Notes under the pieces: model-generated
The model's input: only the letters and a program-made list of their open reading frames with translations
Databases searched by the model: none
Told to the model about the DNA's origin: nothing
Shown: positions 42,503-53,176 of the stretch, in pieces
Layout: every line of letters begins with the position of its first letter
Numbering within the stretch: the first letter of the stretch is position 1
Origin: Heterodontus francisci
Taxonomy: Eukaryota
Length of the DNA: 64,000 nucleotides
Assembly (NCBI RefSeq): GCF_036365525.1
Contig: NC_090382.1
Location: 34,145,298-34,209,297 of the forward strand
Direction of reading: 5' to 3'
Made by a program: the position numbers and the translations under genes

Positions 42503-43140
42503 TCAAATGAATGGGTGTGAAAAGACTACACTTTATCAAAATGGAATGAAGATTGGTGGCACCCAGACCCCATTGTCTAACAATGGACCCACTATCAGAC
42601 ACCATTTATCAGGACAATGGTAAGGACACCAGGGGTCTGATAAGGAACTTAATATGCTGTGCAGACAAAGGCAGAGAGCCAAAGGGAGAGATTCCATCTG
42701 CTCCAGCAGAAGAAGAACAGGGAGAGCGAGGTGGCAGCTGGGTAAGTGAGTTTCAACTCATATAAACTTACCTTTTTGTTTCGGCAGTTTCTTTTTGCAG
42801 CAGCGATAGGGAGAGCGAGGTGGCAGCTGGGTAAGTGAATTTCAATTCATATAAACTTACCTTTTTGTTTCGGCAGTTTCTTTTTGCAGCGGCGACAGGG
42901 AGAGCGAGGTGGCAGCTGGGTAAGTAAGTCTTATATATTTGGGCAGCGGCTGAACCCAAGACACTACACCTGTAGTGTCTCCCACCCGCCCTCCTCCTCT
43001 AACCAAAAAAAAAGGACTCGGTGGTGTGTAGATAAGGTAAGGCTTTTTCTATTTCTTTTTTTTTTCCGTGTGATTGGTAAAAACTTTTCGTTCCTTTTTC
43101 ATTTATCTAAGTTAAGACTAAGTTAAGCTTAAGATTAAAA

Positions 43141-44076
43141 ATGGCAGGAGATCTCAGACCCGTGTTATGCTCCTCTTGCTCAATGTGGGAGCTCAGGGAC
43201 ACGGCTGATGTCCCTGACTCCTTCACGTGCTGGAAGTGTGTCCAGCTGCAGCTCTTGTTAGACCGCATGACGGCTCTGGAGCTGCGGATGGACTCACTTT
43301 GGAGCATCCGCGATGCTGAGGAGGTCGTGGATAGCACGTTTAGCGAATTGGTCTCACCGCAGATTAGGATTGCTGAGGGAGAAAGGAAATGGGTGACCAA
43401 AAGGCAGAGAAAGAGCAGGAAGGCAGTGCAGGTGTCTCCTGCCGTCATCTCCCTCCAAAACAGGTATACCGTTTTGGATACTGTTGGGGGAGATGGCTCA
43501 CCAGGGGAAGGCAGCAGTAGCCAGGTTCATGGTACCGTGGCTGGCTCTGCTGTTCGGAAGGGTGGGAAAAAGAGTGGAAGGGCTATAGTCATAGGGGATT
43601 CGATTGTAAGGGGAGTAGATAGGCGGTTCTTTGGTCGAAAACGAGACTCCCGAATGGTATGTTGCCTCCCAGGTGCACGGGTCAGGGATGTCTCAGATCG
43701 GCTGAAGGGGGAGGGTGAACAGCCAGTTGTCGTTGTGCACATAGGCACCAATGATATAGGTAAAAAACGGGATGAGGTCCTACAAGCAGAATTTAGGGAG
43801 TTAGGAGCCAAGTTAAAAAGTAGGACCTCAGAGGTAGTAATCTCAGGATTGCTACCAGTGCCACGTGATAGTCAGAGTAGAAATGAAAAAATAGTCAGGA
43901 TGAATGCATGGCTTGAGAGATGGTGCAGGAGGGAGGGGTTCAGATTTTTGGGACATTGGTACCGGTTCTGGGGGAGGTGGGACTATTACAAATTGGACAG
44001 TCTACACCTGGGCCAGACTGGAACCAATGTCCTTGGGGATGCTTTTGCTAACGCTGTTGGGGAGGGTTTAAACTAA
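43141..44076 (+). CDS. CR1 ORF1p: Cys-rich zinc finger, coiled coil and SGNH esterase (311 aa)
   Basis: CSSC...CWKC, heptad LLLDRMTALELRMDSL, IGDS, HIGTND, DSLHL. Confidence 0.9.
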   Translation: MAGDLRPVLCSSCSMWELRDTADVPDSFTCWKCVQLQLLLDRMTALELRMDSLWSIRDAEEVVDSTFSELVSPQIRIAEGERKWVTKRQRKSRKAVQVSPAVISLQNRYTVLDTVGGDGSPGEGSSSQVHGTVAGSAVRKGGKKSGRAIVIGDSIVRGVDRRFFGRKRDSRMVCCLPGARVRDVSDRLKGEGEQPVVVVHIGTNDIGKKRDEVLQAEFRELGAKLKSRTSEVVISGLLPVPRDSQSRNEKIVRMNAWLERWCRREGFRFLGHWYRFWGRWDYYKLDSLHLGQTGTNVLGDAFANAVGEGLN

Positions 44077-46848
44077 TGTGGCAGGGGGATGGGAACCAAA
44101 TGAGGAGGTCAGTGGACAGTAAGGAGGTAGTAACTAAAGCCTGTAATGAACTAGATAATGAAGTCAGCGTGACTAAGGGGAAGAGTAGGCAGGGAGCAGA
44201 TGATGAACGCAAAGGGACTGGTGGTCTGAGGTGCATTTGTTTTAATGCAAGAAGTGTAGTAGGTAAGCAGATGAACTTAGGGCTTGGATTAGTACTCGAG
44301 CTGTGAGGCAATATGGGCAGAACTCAGAAATAGGAAGGGTGCGGTAACAATGTTGGGGCTGTATTACAGGCCTCCCAACAGCGAGCGTGAGATAGAGGTA
44401 CAAATATGTAAACAGATTATGGAAAGATGTAGGAGCAACAGGGTGGTGGTGATAGGAGATTTTAATTTTCCCAACATTGACTGCGTTTCACTTAGTGTTA
44501 GAGGTCTAGATGGAGCAGAATTTGTAAGGAGCATCCAGGAGGGTTTTCTAGAGCAGTATGTAAATAGTCCAACTCGGGAAGGGGCCATACTGGACCTGGT
44601 GTTGGGGAATGAGCCCGGCCAGGTGGTTGAAGTTTCAGTAGGGGACTACTTTGGGAATAGTGATCACAATTCCGTAAGTTTTAGAATACTCATGGACAAA
44701 GACGAGAGTGGCCCTAAAGGAAGAGTGCTAAATTGGGGGAAGGCCAACTATACCAAAATTCGGCAGGAGCTGGGGAATGTAGATTGGGAGCAGCTGTTTG
44801 AAGATAAATCCACATTTGATATGTGGGAGGCTTTTAAAGAGAGGTTGATTAGCGTGCAGGAGAGACATGTTCCTGTGAAAATGAGGGATAGAAATAGCAA
44901 GATTAGGGAACCATGGATGACAGGTGAAATTGTGAAACTAGCTAAGAGGAAAAAGGAAGCATACATAAGGTCTATGCGGCTGAAGAAAGACGAAACTTTG
45001 GAAGAATATCGGGAATGTAGGACCAATCTGAAACGAGGAATTAAGTGGGCTAAAAGGGTTCATGAAATATCTTTAGCAAACAGGGTTAAGGAAAATCCCA
45101 AAGCCTTTTATTCAAATATAAGGAGCAAGAGGGTAACTAGAGAAAGGATTGGCCCACTCAAGGACAAAGGGGGAAAATTATGCGTGGAGTCAGAGAAAAT
45201 GGGTGAGATTCTAAACGAGTTCTTTGCATCGGTATTCACCGAGGAGAGGGACATGACGGATGTTGAGGTTAGGGATAGATGTTTTATTACTCTATGTCAA
45301 GTCGGCATAAGGAGGGAGGAAGTGTTGGGTATTCTAAAAGGCATTAAGGTGGACAAGTCCCCAGGTCCGGATGGGATCTATCCCAGGTTACTGAGGGAAG
45401 CGAGAGAGGAAATAGCTGGGGCCTTAACAGATATCTTTGCAGCATCCTTAAACACAGGTGAGGTCCCGGAGGACTGGAGAATTGCTAATGTTGTCCCCTT
45501 GTTTAAGAAGGGTAGCAGGGATAATCCAGGTAATTATAGACCGGTGAGCCTGACGTCAGTGGTAGGGAAGCTGCAGTAGAAGATACTGAGGGATAGGATC
45601 TATTCCCATTTGGAAGAAAATGGACTTATCAGTGATAGGCAACATGGTTTTGTGCAGGGAAGGTCATGTCTTACCAACTTAATAGAATTCTTTGAGGAAG
45701 TGACAAAGTTGATTGATGAGGGAAGGGCTGTAGATGTCGTATACATGGACTTCAGTAAGGCGTTTGATAAGGTTCCCCATGGTAGCTTGATGGAGAAAGT
45801 GAAAGCGCATGGGGTCCAGGGTGTACTAGCTAGATGGATAAAGAACTGGCTGGGCAACAGGAGACAGAGAGTAGCAGTGGAAGGGAGTTTCTCAAAATGG
45901 AGACGTGTGACCAGTGGTGTTCCACAGGGATCCGTGCTGGGACCACTGTTGTTTGTGATATACATAAATGATTTGGAGGAAAGTATAGGTGGTCTGATTA
46001 GCAAGTTTGCAGACGACACTAAGATTGGTGGAGTAGCAGATAGTGAAGGGGACTGTCAGAGAATACAGCAGAATATAGATAGATTGGAGAGTTGGGCAGA
46101 GAAATGGCAGATGGAGTTCAATCAGGGCAAATGCGAGGTGATGCATTTTGGAAGATCCAATTCAAGAGTGAACTATACAATAAATGGAAAAGTCCTGGGG
46201 AAAATTGATGTACAGAGAGATTTGGGTGTTCAGGTCCATTGTTCCCTGAAGGTGGCAACGCAGGTCAATAGAGTGGTCAAGAAGGCATACGGCATGCTTT
46301 CCTTCATCGGACGGGGTATTGAGTACAAGAGCTGGCAGGTCATGTTACAGTTGTATAAGACTTTGGTTCGGCCACATTTGGAATACTGCGTGCAGTTCTG
46401 GTCGCCACATTACCAAAAGGATGTGGATGCTTTGGAGAGGGTGCAGAGGAGGTTCACCAGGATGTTGCCTGGTATGGAGGGCACTAGCTATGAAGAGAGG
46501 TTGAGTAGATTAGGGTTATTTTCATTAGAAAGACGAAGGTTGAGGGGGGACCTGATTGAGGTGTACAAAATCATGAGAGGTATAGACAGGGTGGATAGCA
46601 AGAAGCTTTTTCCCAGAGTGGGGGATTCAATTACTAGGGGTCACGAGTTCAAAGTGAGAGGGGAAAAGTTTAGGGGGGATATGTGTGGAAAGTTCTTTAC
46701 GCAGAGGGTGGTGGGTGCCTGGAATGCGTTGCCAGCGGAGGTGGTAGACGCGGGCACGATAGCGTCTTTTAAGATGTATCTGGACAGATACATGAATGGG
46801 CAGGAAGCAAAGAGATACAGACCCTTAGAAAATAGGCGACAGGTTTAG
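44076..46848 (+). pseudogene. CR1 ORF2 (APE endonuclease-reverse transcriptase), disrupted
   Basis: Frameshift near 44265, internal deletion near 44300 relative to family B, in-frame TAG at 45577-45579; motifs YRPP, GDFN, SDH, FADD. Confidence 0.9.
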
Positions 46849-47096
46849 ATAGAGGATCTGGATCGGCGCAGGCTTGGAGGGCCGAAGGGCCTGTTCCTGT
46901 GCTGTAATTTTCTTTGTTCTTTGTTCTAAAGACACTGATGTGTCTGAAGAACTGATCTAACTCTCCCCAAAGGAAAGGAACTAGCTGAGAATATTACCAT
47001 TCTCCAGATAGCCTTTTTAACAAGTTTTAGCCAGATTATAACAATCCAGATATTATAAGGGTCTGGGTATCTCTCCCCAATAATGTACCTCCCCAC

Positions 47097-48105
47097 TGAA
47101 GAATGTACAGAGATGGGTTCTCGAGTTTGCGATACAGAACACTATATGAGACAATAATATTCTAAATGATATAAAAGTTTACTAAAGAACTGAACATGCA
47201 ATTCACATATGATGGGAAGTCAATCGCAATGTTAATAGTTCTCGGAAAAAAAGAAAGTATAATCTTATTTCTAGTACAGAATCTAAGTTTTAAGTCTAAA
47301 TATTGCTACAGTAAAATATTTGAGATATCCATCAATATTTGAGGCAGCATTTACCTTAAATCCCTATGTAGAAAGCTACAGAGTTTAGTGAGATACCTCT
47401 ATCCCAATTAAGGGGAGAACTATCATTACCACACCACAGTAGCTCATACCTTTACCATGAGAAACACTGGAGTGAGTCCAACTAATCTGAAGATCCACTG
47501 TATGCTTCCAATATTTATACTGTTTCTAAGCTGCATAACTAAGTTTTTACATAAATGGATGTTACTTCGTTTGCAAGTAGGTTCATCCCCTTCTATTTCC
47601 CAGATAAGGCTGGATAACTGTTAATTTTTGGCTAAGGTCCACCTTCTTTGATTTCTAAGAAAGGCGAGGCCAACAGCAAGGTGGCCTCTGTTGGTGGTCA
47701 ATTTCCTTCGTCACCTAACTGTGTTTCAAGATTATAATTCAGTTTCCTGGGCTTGGTTAGTTTTGTCAAATTTCATTTGACGGTGGTTTAGGGCTGTCTG
47801 CATAAGACTATCTTATCAATTATTACACTGTTTTAGCTTATGTGATCGATTGTAAACTGTGTTATCAAGGTGTTACTGTGTGATGAGGTTTGTGACTTTT
47901 TAGGAGTGAATTCCTTTTATCAGAAGCTGCCTCTATGCTGTCAGATGAGGCAAGCCCTTCACCACAGAGACATGTCCAGAGACATGCCTATGAACTTCTT
48001 TTAACATTTTAGGAAGATGAAACCTGATTTTAATTTTTATACCCTAATTCATAGAAAAATAACTTTTTAAAACTTATAACCCCTTATTATGGCCGAATTC
48101 CTTCA
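47097..48105. mobile_element. Probable unrelated solo LTR nested in the Gmr1 5' LTR
   Basis: About 1-kb AT-rich block bounded by inverted TGAAGAAT / ATTCCTTCA; no TSD found. Confidence 0.35.
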
Positions 48106-51100
48106 CAGGAAAACCATCCTAATCATTTCCCACCTATCCGTAACAGATTGGGGCTTGTGAGCCGGGATTTGAAACATTTGATTAAACGAGTAATTTGGAA
48201 GCAAATTGATTGTAAATTATAAAAGAATAAATCATCAGGTTTTCTCATATTATTTTTACTGTCCTAAAAATCTTAAGACATGGCCACATTCGACGCCAAA
48301 GTATTTGTAGAACAGAGAGCGTTATCTTGGGGTGCATTAAATTCATTAAACTTTGAGGACCTAAAAGTTGTAGCTAACTAGGTGGGAGTAACTTTAAAGC
48401 AAGAACGCCTGAGAACCTTAAAACTCTAGCTAATCATTTTAATCTTGACCTAGATTCAGAAGAAACAGGCGTGGACCCTGAGGCTGATAAAGCAGCTTCG
48501 GCTAGAATTCAAATGGAAATGCAGGGAATGGAATTAGGGTTTCAAAAGGAAAAAGAAGAAAGAGAGATGAAAAGGGAAGAAGAGAAAGAAGAAAGAAAAA
48601 TGGAAAGGGAGAGAGAGGCAAGGCAGCTTGAATTAGATAGGAAAAAGTGAAGGCACGGCCAGCAATTCAAATACTGACCCCAATTCAGAGCAAAGCTTTG
48701 ATTTTATGAAACATTTACAATTAGTGCCAAAATTTAATGAGGATGAGGTTGAATCAAATTACAAGAAAAATTAATGGGAAGAGCCTATAAATCTTACCCT
48801 ATGTGATCAGATTATGAGATTATGAGCAAACCAAAGCTGCTATATTAAATGCCTATGAGTTAGTTCCTGAGGTTTACTGCCAAAACTTGAGAAATGCTCG
48901 TAAAAGGCCTGCTCAAGCCTTCATTGAATTTGAGCAAGCTAAACATATGGCTTTCAATCGCTGGATGAAATTTCTGAAGTTAGAACCCTTGCATGAGAAC
49001 TTACGAGAGTAATCACATCACAAGAATTTAAAAACAGTATTCCAATTAATATAAAGACGCATATTGAGGAACCATGGGTCACAAAGGTGAGGGACACTGC
49101 TACAATGACAGACGATTATGAATTCACACACAAACCCTTTCAGCAGGGAAAACCCTTTCCTAATAATTCCCAGAGGTCTGGGAATGGCAGCAAATGGGAT
49201 AGTAATAGCTGATAGGGTGGTAGTGAAAGGGAGAATAGAAATGAGAATGCAGGGGGCCCTCCACAAGTCAGGAAAGAAGGCGCAGAGGGTAGAAGACCTG
49301 TGTATTCCCTCTGTAGTAAGCAGGGCACGTGAGAATCGACTGCTGGAAATGGAAGGGGAAGCCAGTGGGTTTTGTTGGGATTCACAAGGCCAGTCCAAGA
49401 AAGCATGACCTAACAGGTGGAAAGATAGACCAGACCATGGCCCTAACCACAGTGAGTGGCCTCCCTAAGAATACTGCCACGGGTGCAGTAGAAACTGACA
49501 AAATCCCCGAGGGTTACCAGGATTTTGTCTTAAAGGGAAAGGTGTCCCTGAATCCCTCTAATGAGGCAAGCAAGCCAATTGTCCTGCTTAGGGATACAGG
49601 GGCCACTCAATCCTTAATGCTGGCTAAAGGCATGACCTTCCAACCAGAGAGCTCGATGAATGCGAAGGTTCAGGTAAAGGGCATTGAAGGTGGGTACATG
49701 CCCGTACCCTAATATCGGGTCCACTTACAGTGCAAACCTAGTGCTGGACCAGTTCCAGTAGGGATTGTCCCTAGTCTGCCTGTGGCTGGAATAGATTTGT
49801 TGTTGGGTGATGATTTGGCTGGGGGTAGAGTGATAGCCTCCCCAGTAGTCTTAGATAAACCAAACAAGGCGAGGGAGATGGAACAGTTACAGGAAGAAGT
49901 CCCTGGAATATTCACTGATTGTGTAGTGACCAGGTCCATAGCTAAGCGAGCTCCGCTGGAGAGAGTTGAGCCAGTAATGCAGACAGATGAATCAGAGGTC
50001 TGGCTGGCAGAAACGTTTTTCAGAGATTTCAAAGAAGCGAAGGAGGTAGTCAGCAGATCCTCCTTGATTGAGGCTCAACAGGCAGACCCCGATTTAAAAA
50101 GAATAGCCCAGATCGCCTGTCCTGAGGCAGAGGCAGAAGCAGTTCCTGAATGCTATTCCTTTAAAAATGGGGTAGTGATGAGGAAATGGAGACCTCTGCA
50201 GCGACCTACAGAGGAGGAATGGACAGTGGTCCACCAAATTGTAGTTTCTCCCAACCATCATAGGGAAATCTTGAGGATTGCCCACAAAATCCAAATGGCT
50301 GTGTACATGGGTATCCAAAAGCCCCAGGCCTGGATAAGCAGGCACTTTTATTGGTCTCACCTCCACAAAGATGTGGGTGAATTTTGTAAGACCTGTCATA
50401 CTTGTCAGGTTTTTGGGAAACCACAGTCTGCAATCAAGCCCGCTGTACTAATACCTATACCTGCTTTTGACAAGCCCTTTAGCAGAGTTCTGGTAAATTT
50501 TGTGGGACCCTTACCTAGAACTGGGACAGGTTTTCAGTAACTCTTAACAATCATGGATATGGCCACTTAATTCCCAGAAACTATATCCCTCAGGAAAATC
50601 ACAGCAAAAGCCGTGGTCGAGGGACTGACCCAGGTTTTCACCCGCTACAGACTGCCCAAAGAGATCCAATCAAATCAAGGATCTAATTTTATGTCCCGGG
50701 TATTCCAAGAGGTTAAGCATAGCCTCGGCATCGAACAGCTAAAATTCTTGGAATATCACCCACAGTCACAAGGGGCTCTGGGGCGTTTTCACCAAGCCTG
50801 AAAACCATGATCAGAGCCCACTGCTGTGAACATCCTCACAATAGGGATAAAGGATTAACTTTTCTGCTGTTCGCTACTCGAGATTCACCCAATGAATCAA
50901 TGGGCTTCATTCCATTTCAATTGGTCTACGGGCATGAGGTGAGAAGCCCCCTTAAGCTGACCAAAGAAAAAATTCTAGATCAGAGGAAATTTTGTTGTTA
51001 AATTATGTATCAGCCTTTCGTGAGCAACTTTTTAAAGCATGCTTTGCAGCTAGGGAACAACTTAAAGTCTCTCAGCAGAGCATGAAAAGGCAGGCAGACA

Positions 51101-53176
51101 GATATGCTCAGGCTTGGACATTTAAACCAGAAAATCAGGTCCTGGTGCTGTTTCCATTGCACAGCGAACCCCTGGAGGCGAGATTTAGTGGCCCGTACTG
51201 TGTGGGGAAAATGATCTGTGAGGTAAATTACTTGATTAACTCCCCAGACTGGAGAAAGAAACAATGACTGTGCCACATAAATATGTTAAAGAGATATCAT
51301 AATCGGGAACAGGACAAAGCAGTGAATGCATGCCAGGTAGTGAGAACAGAGGAGGATGGAGACAATAGTGAAGAGGAACTAGGGGGAGAAGGGAACCCAG
51401 AAAATTGTCAGATTCAACCCCTACTGTGAAATTAGCCAACACAGAAATCTTAGGGACACTAGAGACAGTACTTAATTATTTAAGTGACGAGCAGAGGAAA
51501 AGATTAGTAACATTATTAAGAGAGTTAGGGGGAGTGTGTAGGGACAAACCAGGTCATACCTCTTTGACCATTCATGATGTGGATGTAGGGGAGACCCCAC
51601 CTATTAAACAAAATCCATACCCAGCAACCTTTCCAAGGTTGTTGAATCAGGTGGTGACTGGTTAAACAATTGTGCCGTCTACCTTGATGACCTGCTGGTC
51701 TCGAGCAACATCTGGGAAATCGCTTAAGAGCATTATTCAAGGATCTCAAAAATGCTAACCTAGTGGCCAACTTAGCTGAAAGCAAGTTTCCTAAAGCCAA
51801 AGTGACCTATTTGGGACGTGTTGTTGGTAAAGGTCGAGTGTTGCCAAGGGCAGCAAATGTACAAGCCCTCCTGGGAATGTGTGGTTTTTATAGAAAATTT
51901 GTCCCCAATTTCAGAAGCCTTGCTGCCCCATTGACCAACCTACTTCAGAAAAACATCAAGATAGTATGGTCAGAACCGTGTCAGATGGCTTTCGAGAAAT
52001 TGAAGGCTATCCTAACAAATGAACCCATATTAGCAGCACCAAATTTTAACAGGTCCTTTAAGTTGGCTGTTGATGTGAGCGATGTAGGAGCAAGAGCTGT
52101 CTTACTGCAGGAAGATGACTCCGGTATTGCGAGACCAATTGGCTATTTTTCAAAAAAAATTAAATAAACATCAGTGTAAATATTCCGCAATAGAAAAAGG
52201 AGGCATTGGGACTTCTGCTAGCCCTTCAGCATTTTGAGATCTATGTTAATAACAGAAACAGGAAAATTTTAATATACACTGACCACAACCTAATAACCTT
52301 CTTAGAGAAATTCAAAGTTAACATTACTGGGCTGTTCAGATGGGGTTTACTCCTCCAGTCTTTTAATTTAAATAACATGCACATTGCTGGAAAAAATAAT
52401 GTCATTGCAGACGCACTGTCCAGAGTTTGAATAGACAATACCACCAGCAGCTGTGGAAAGTCTAGTGACAGAGACTGAGGAATGTATGTGAATGAATGCT
52501 TGTGAATGTCTACTATTGTGGGTTTACTTTTCTTGCTGTCTGAAAAACAAAAAAGAATGAAATACCAAGGGATTCAATTTTTTTCCCTTTTTGAAGGGAG
52601 GTGTCAAGCTCATGCACAGAGAAGTTATGAATTATATAATGAACTTATAAAACGAACCCCAAATGGACACTTTTCCTGAAAAACAAGATGGAGTTGAGAG
52701 GTCAGGTGACCTTATCCTATATTGCCAATACACATGGAAACGACAAGAACCCTGAGTCAACCTTCATGTCTGAACCAGCCTTGGTGAAGGCATTAAAATG
52801 TCAATGGCTCATTCTGTGCTGTTTGTTCTGTTTGTGCTGGTTTCTCTGCCTTATAATTGGAAAGCGGTGAACAAGGATTCACCAAGGGGGACCTAAAAAC
52901 ACGGTGTGTTTAAAATTAAACCCTGTGATGGTAAGACCAGGTGAAGGCTGAGTGGGAACTCTTGACACCTATCTCACCTGATCACAACAGAAATTTGGGG
53001 GCTCATCCAGGATTTTACCCACAAACGAGAGAAATTGGAAGTGGGAAGCCAAATTGTTCCCAATCAAAGAAGAGCAAGATTCCAATACAGGTTTTAGAAC
53101 ATAGAACATAGAACATTACAGCGCAGTACAGGCCCTTCAGCCCTCGATGTTGCGCCGACCTGTGAAACCATCTGAC

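Larger units (their letters stand above)
42719..46927 (+). mobile_element. Near-full-length CR1 LINE, family A
   Basis: Repeat-containing 5' UTR, ORF1, ORF2 with APE and RT, 3' UTR with (TCTTTGT)n tail. Confidence 0.96.
42016..52825 (+). mobile_element. Gmr1-type Gypsy LTR retrotransposon, degenerate; 5' LTR 42016-48145 (interrupted), 3' LTR 52602 to about 52825 (truncated)
   Basis: LTR starts match (42016 tgtcaca.../52602 tgtcaag..., shared cctgaaaaacaagatggagt); tRNA-Pro-like PBS at 48149-48175; PPT gaagggagg 52593-52601; gag, protease LLRDTGA, integrase (CKTCHTC, YHPQSQGAL), then RT/RNase H (LGMCGFYRKF, LAVDVSD, YTDH, ADALSR). Confidence 0.88.

Noticed and set aside
42719-42930. CRISPR-like repeat array
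   Set aside because: Eukaryotic LINE UTR; units are full tandem repeats with no unique spacers and there are no cas genes.
42940-43040. HDV-like ribozyme in the CR1 5' UTR
   Set aside because: I could not fit the nested double-pseudoknot (P1, P1.1, P2, P3, catalytic C) by eye; only a simple hairpin is supported.
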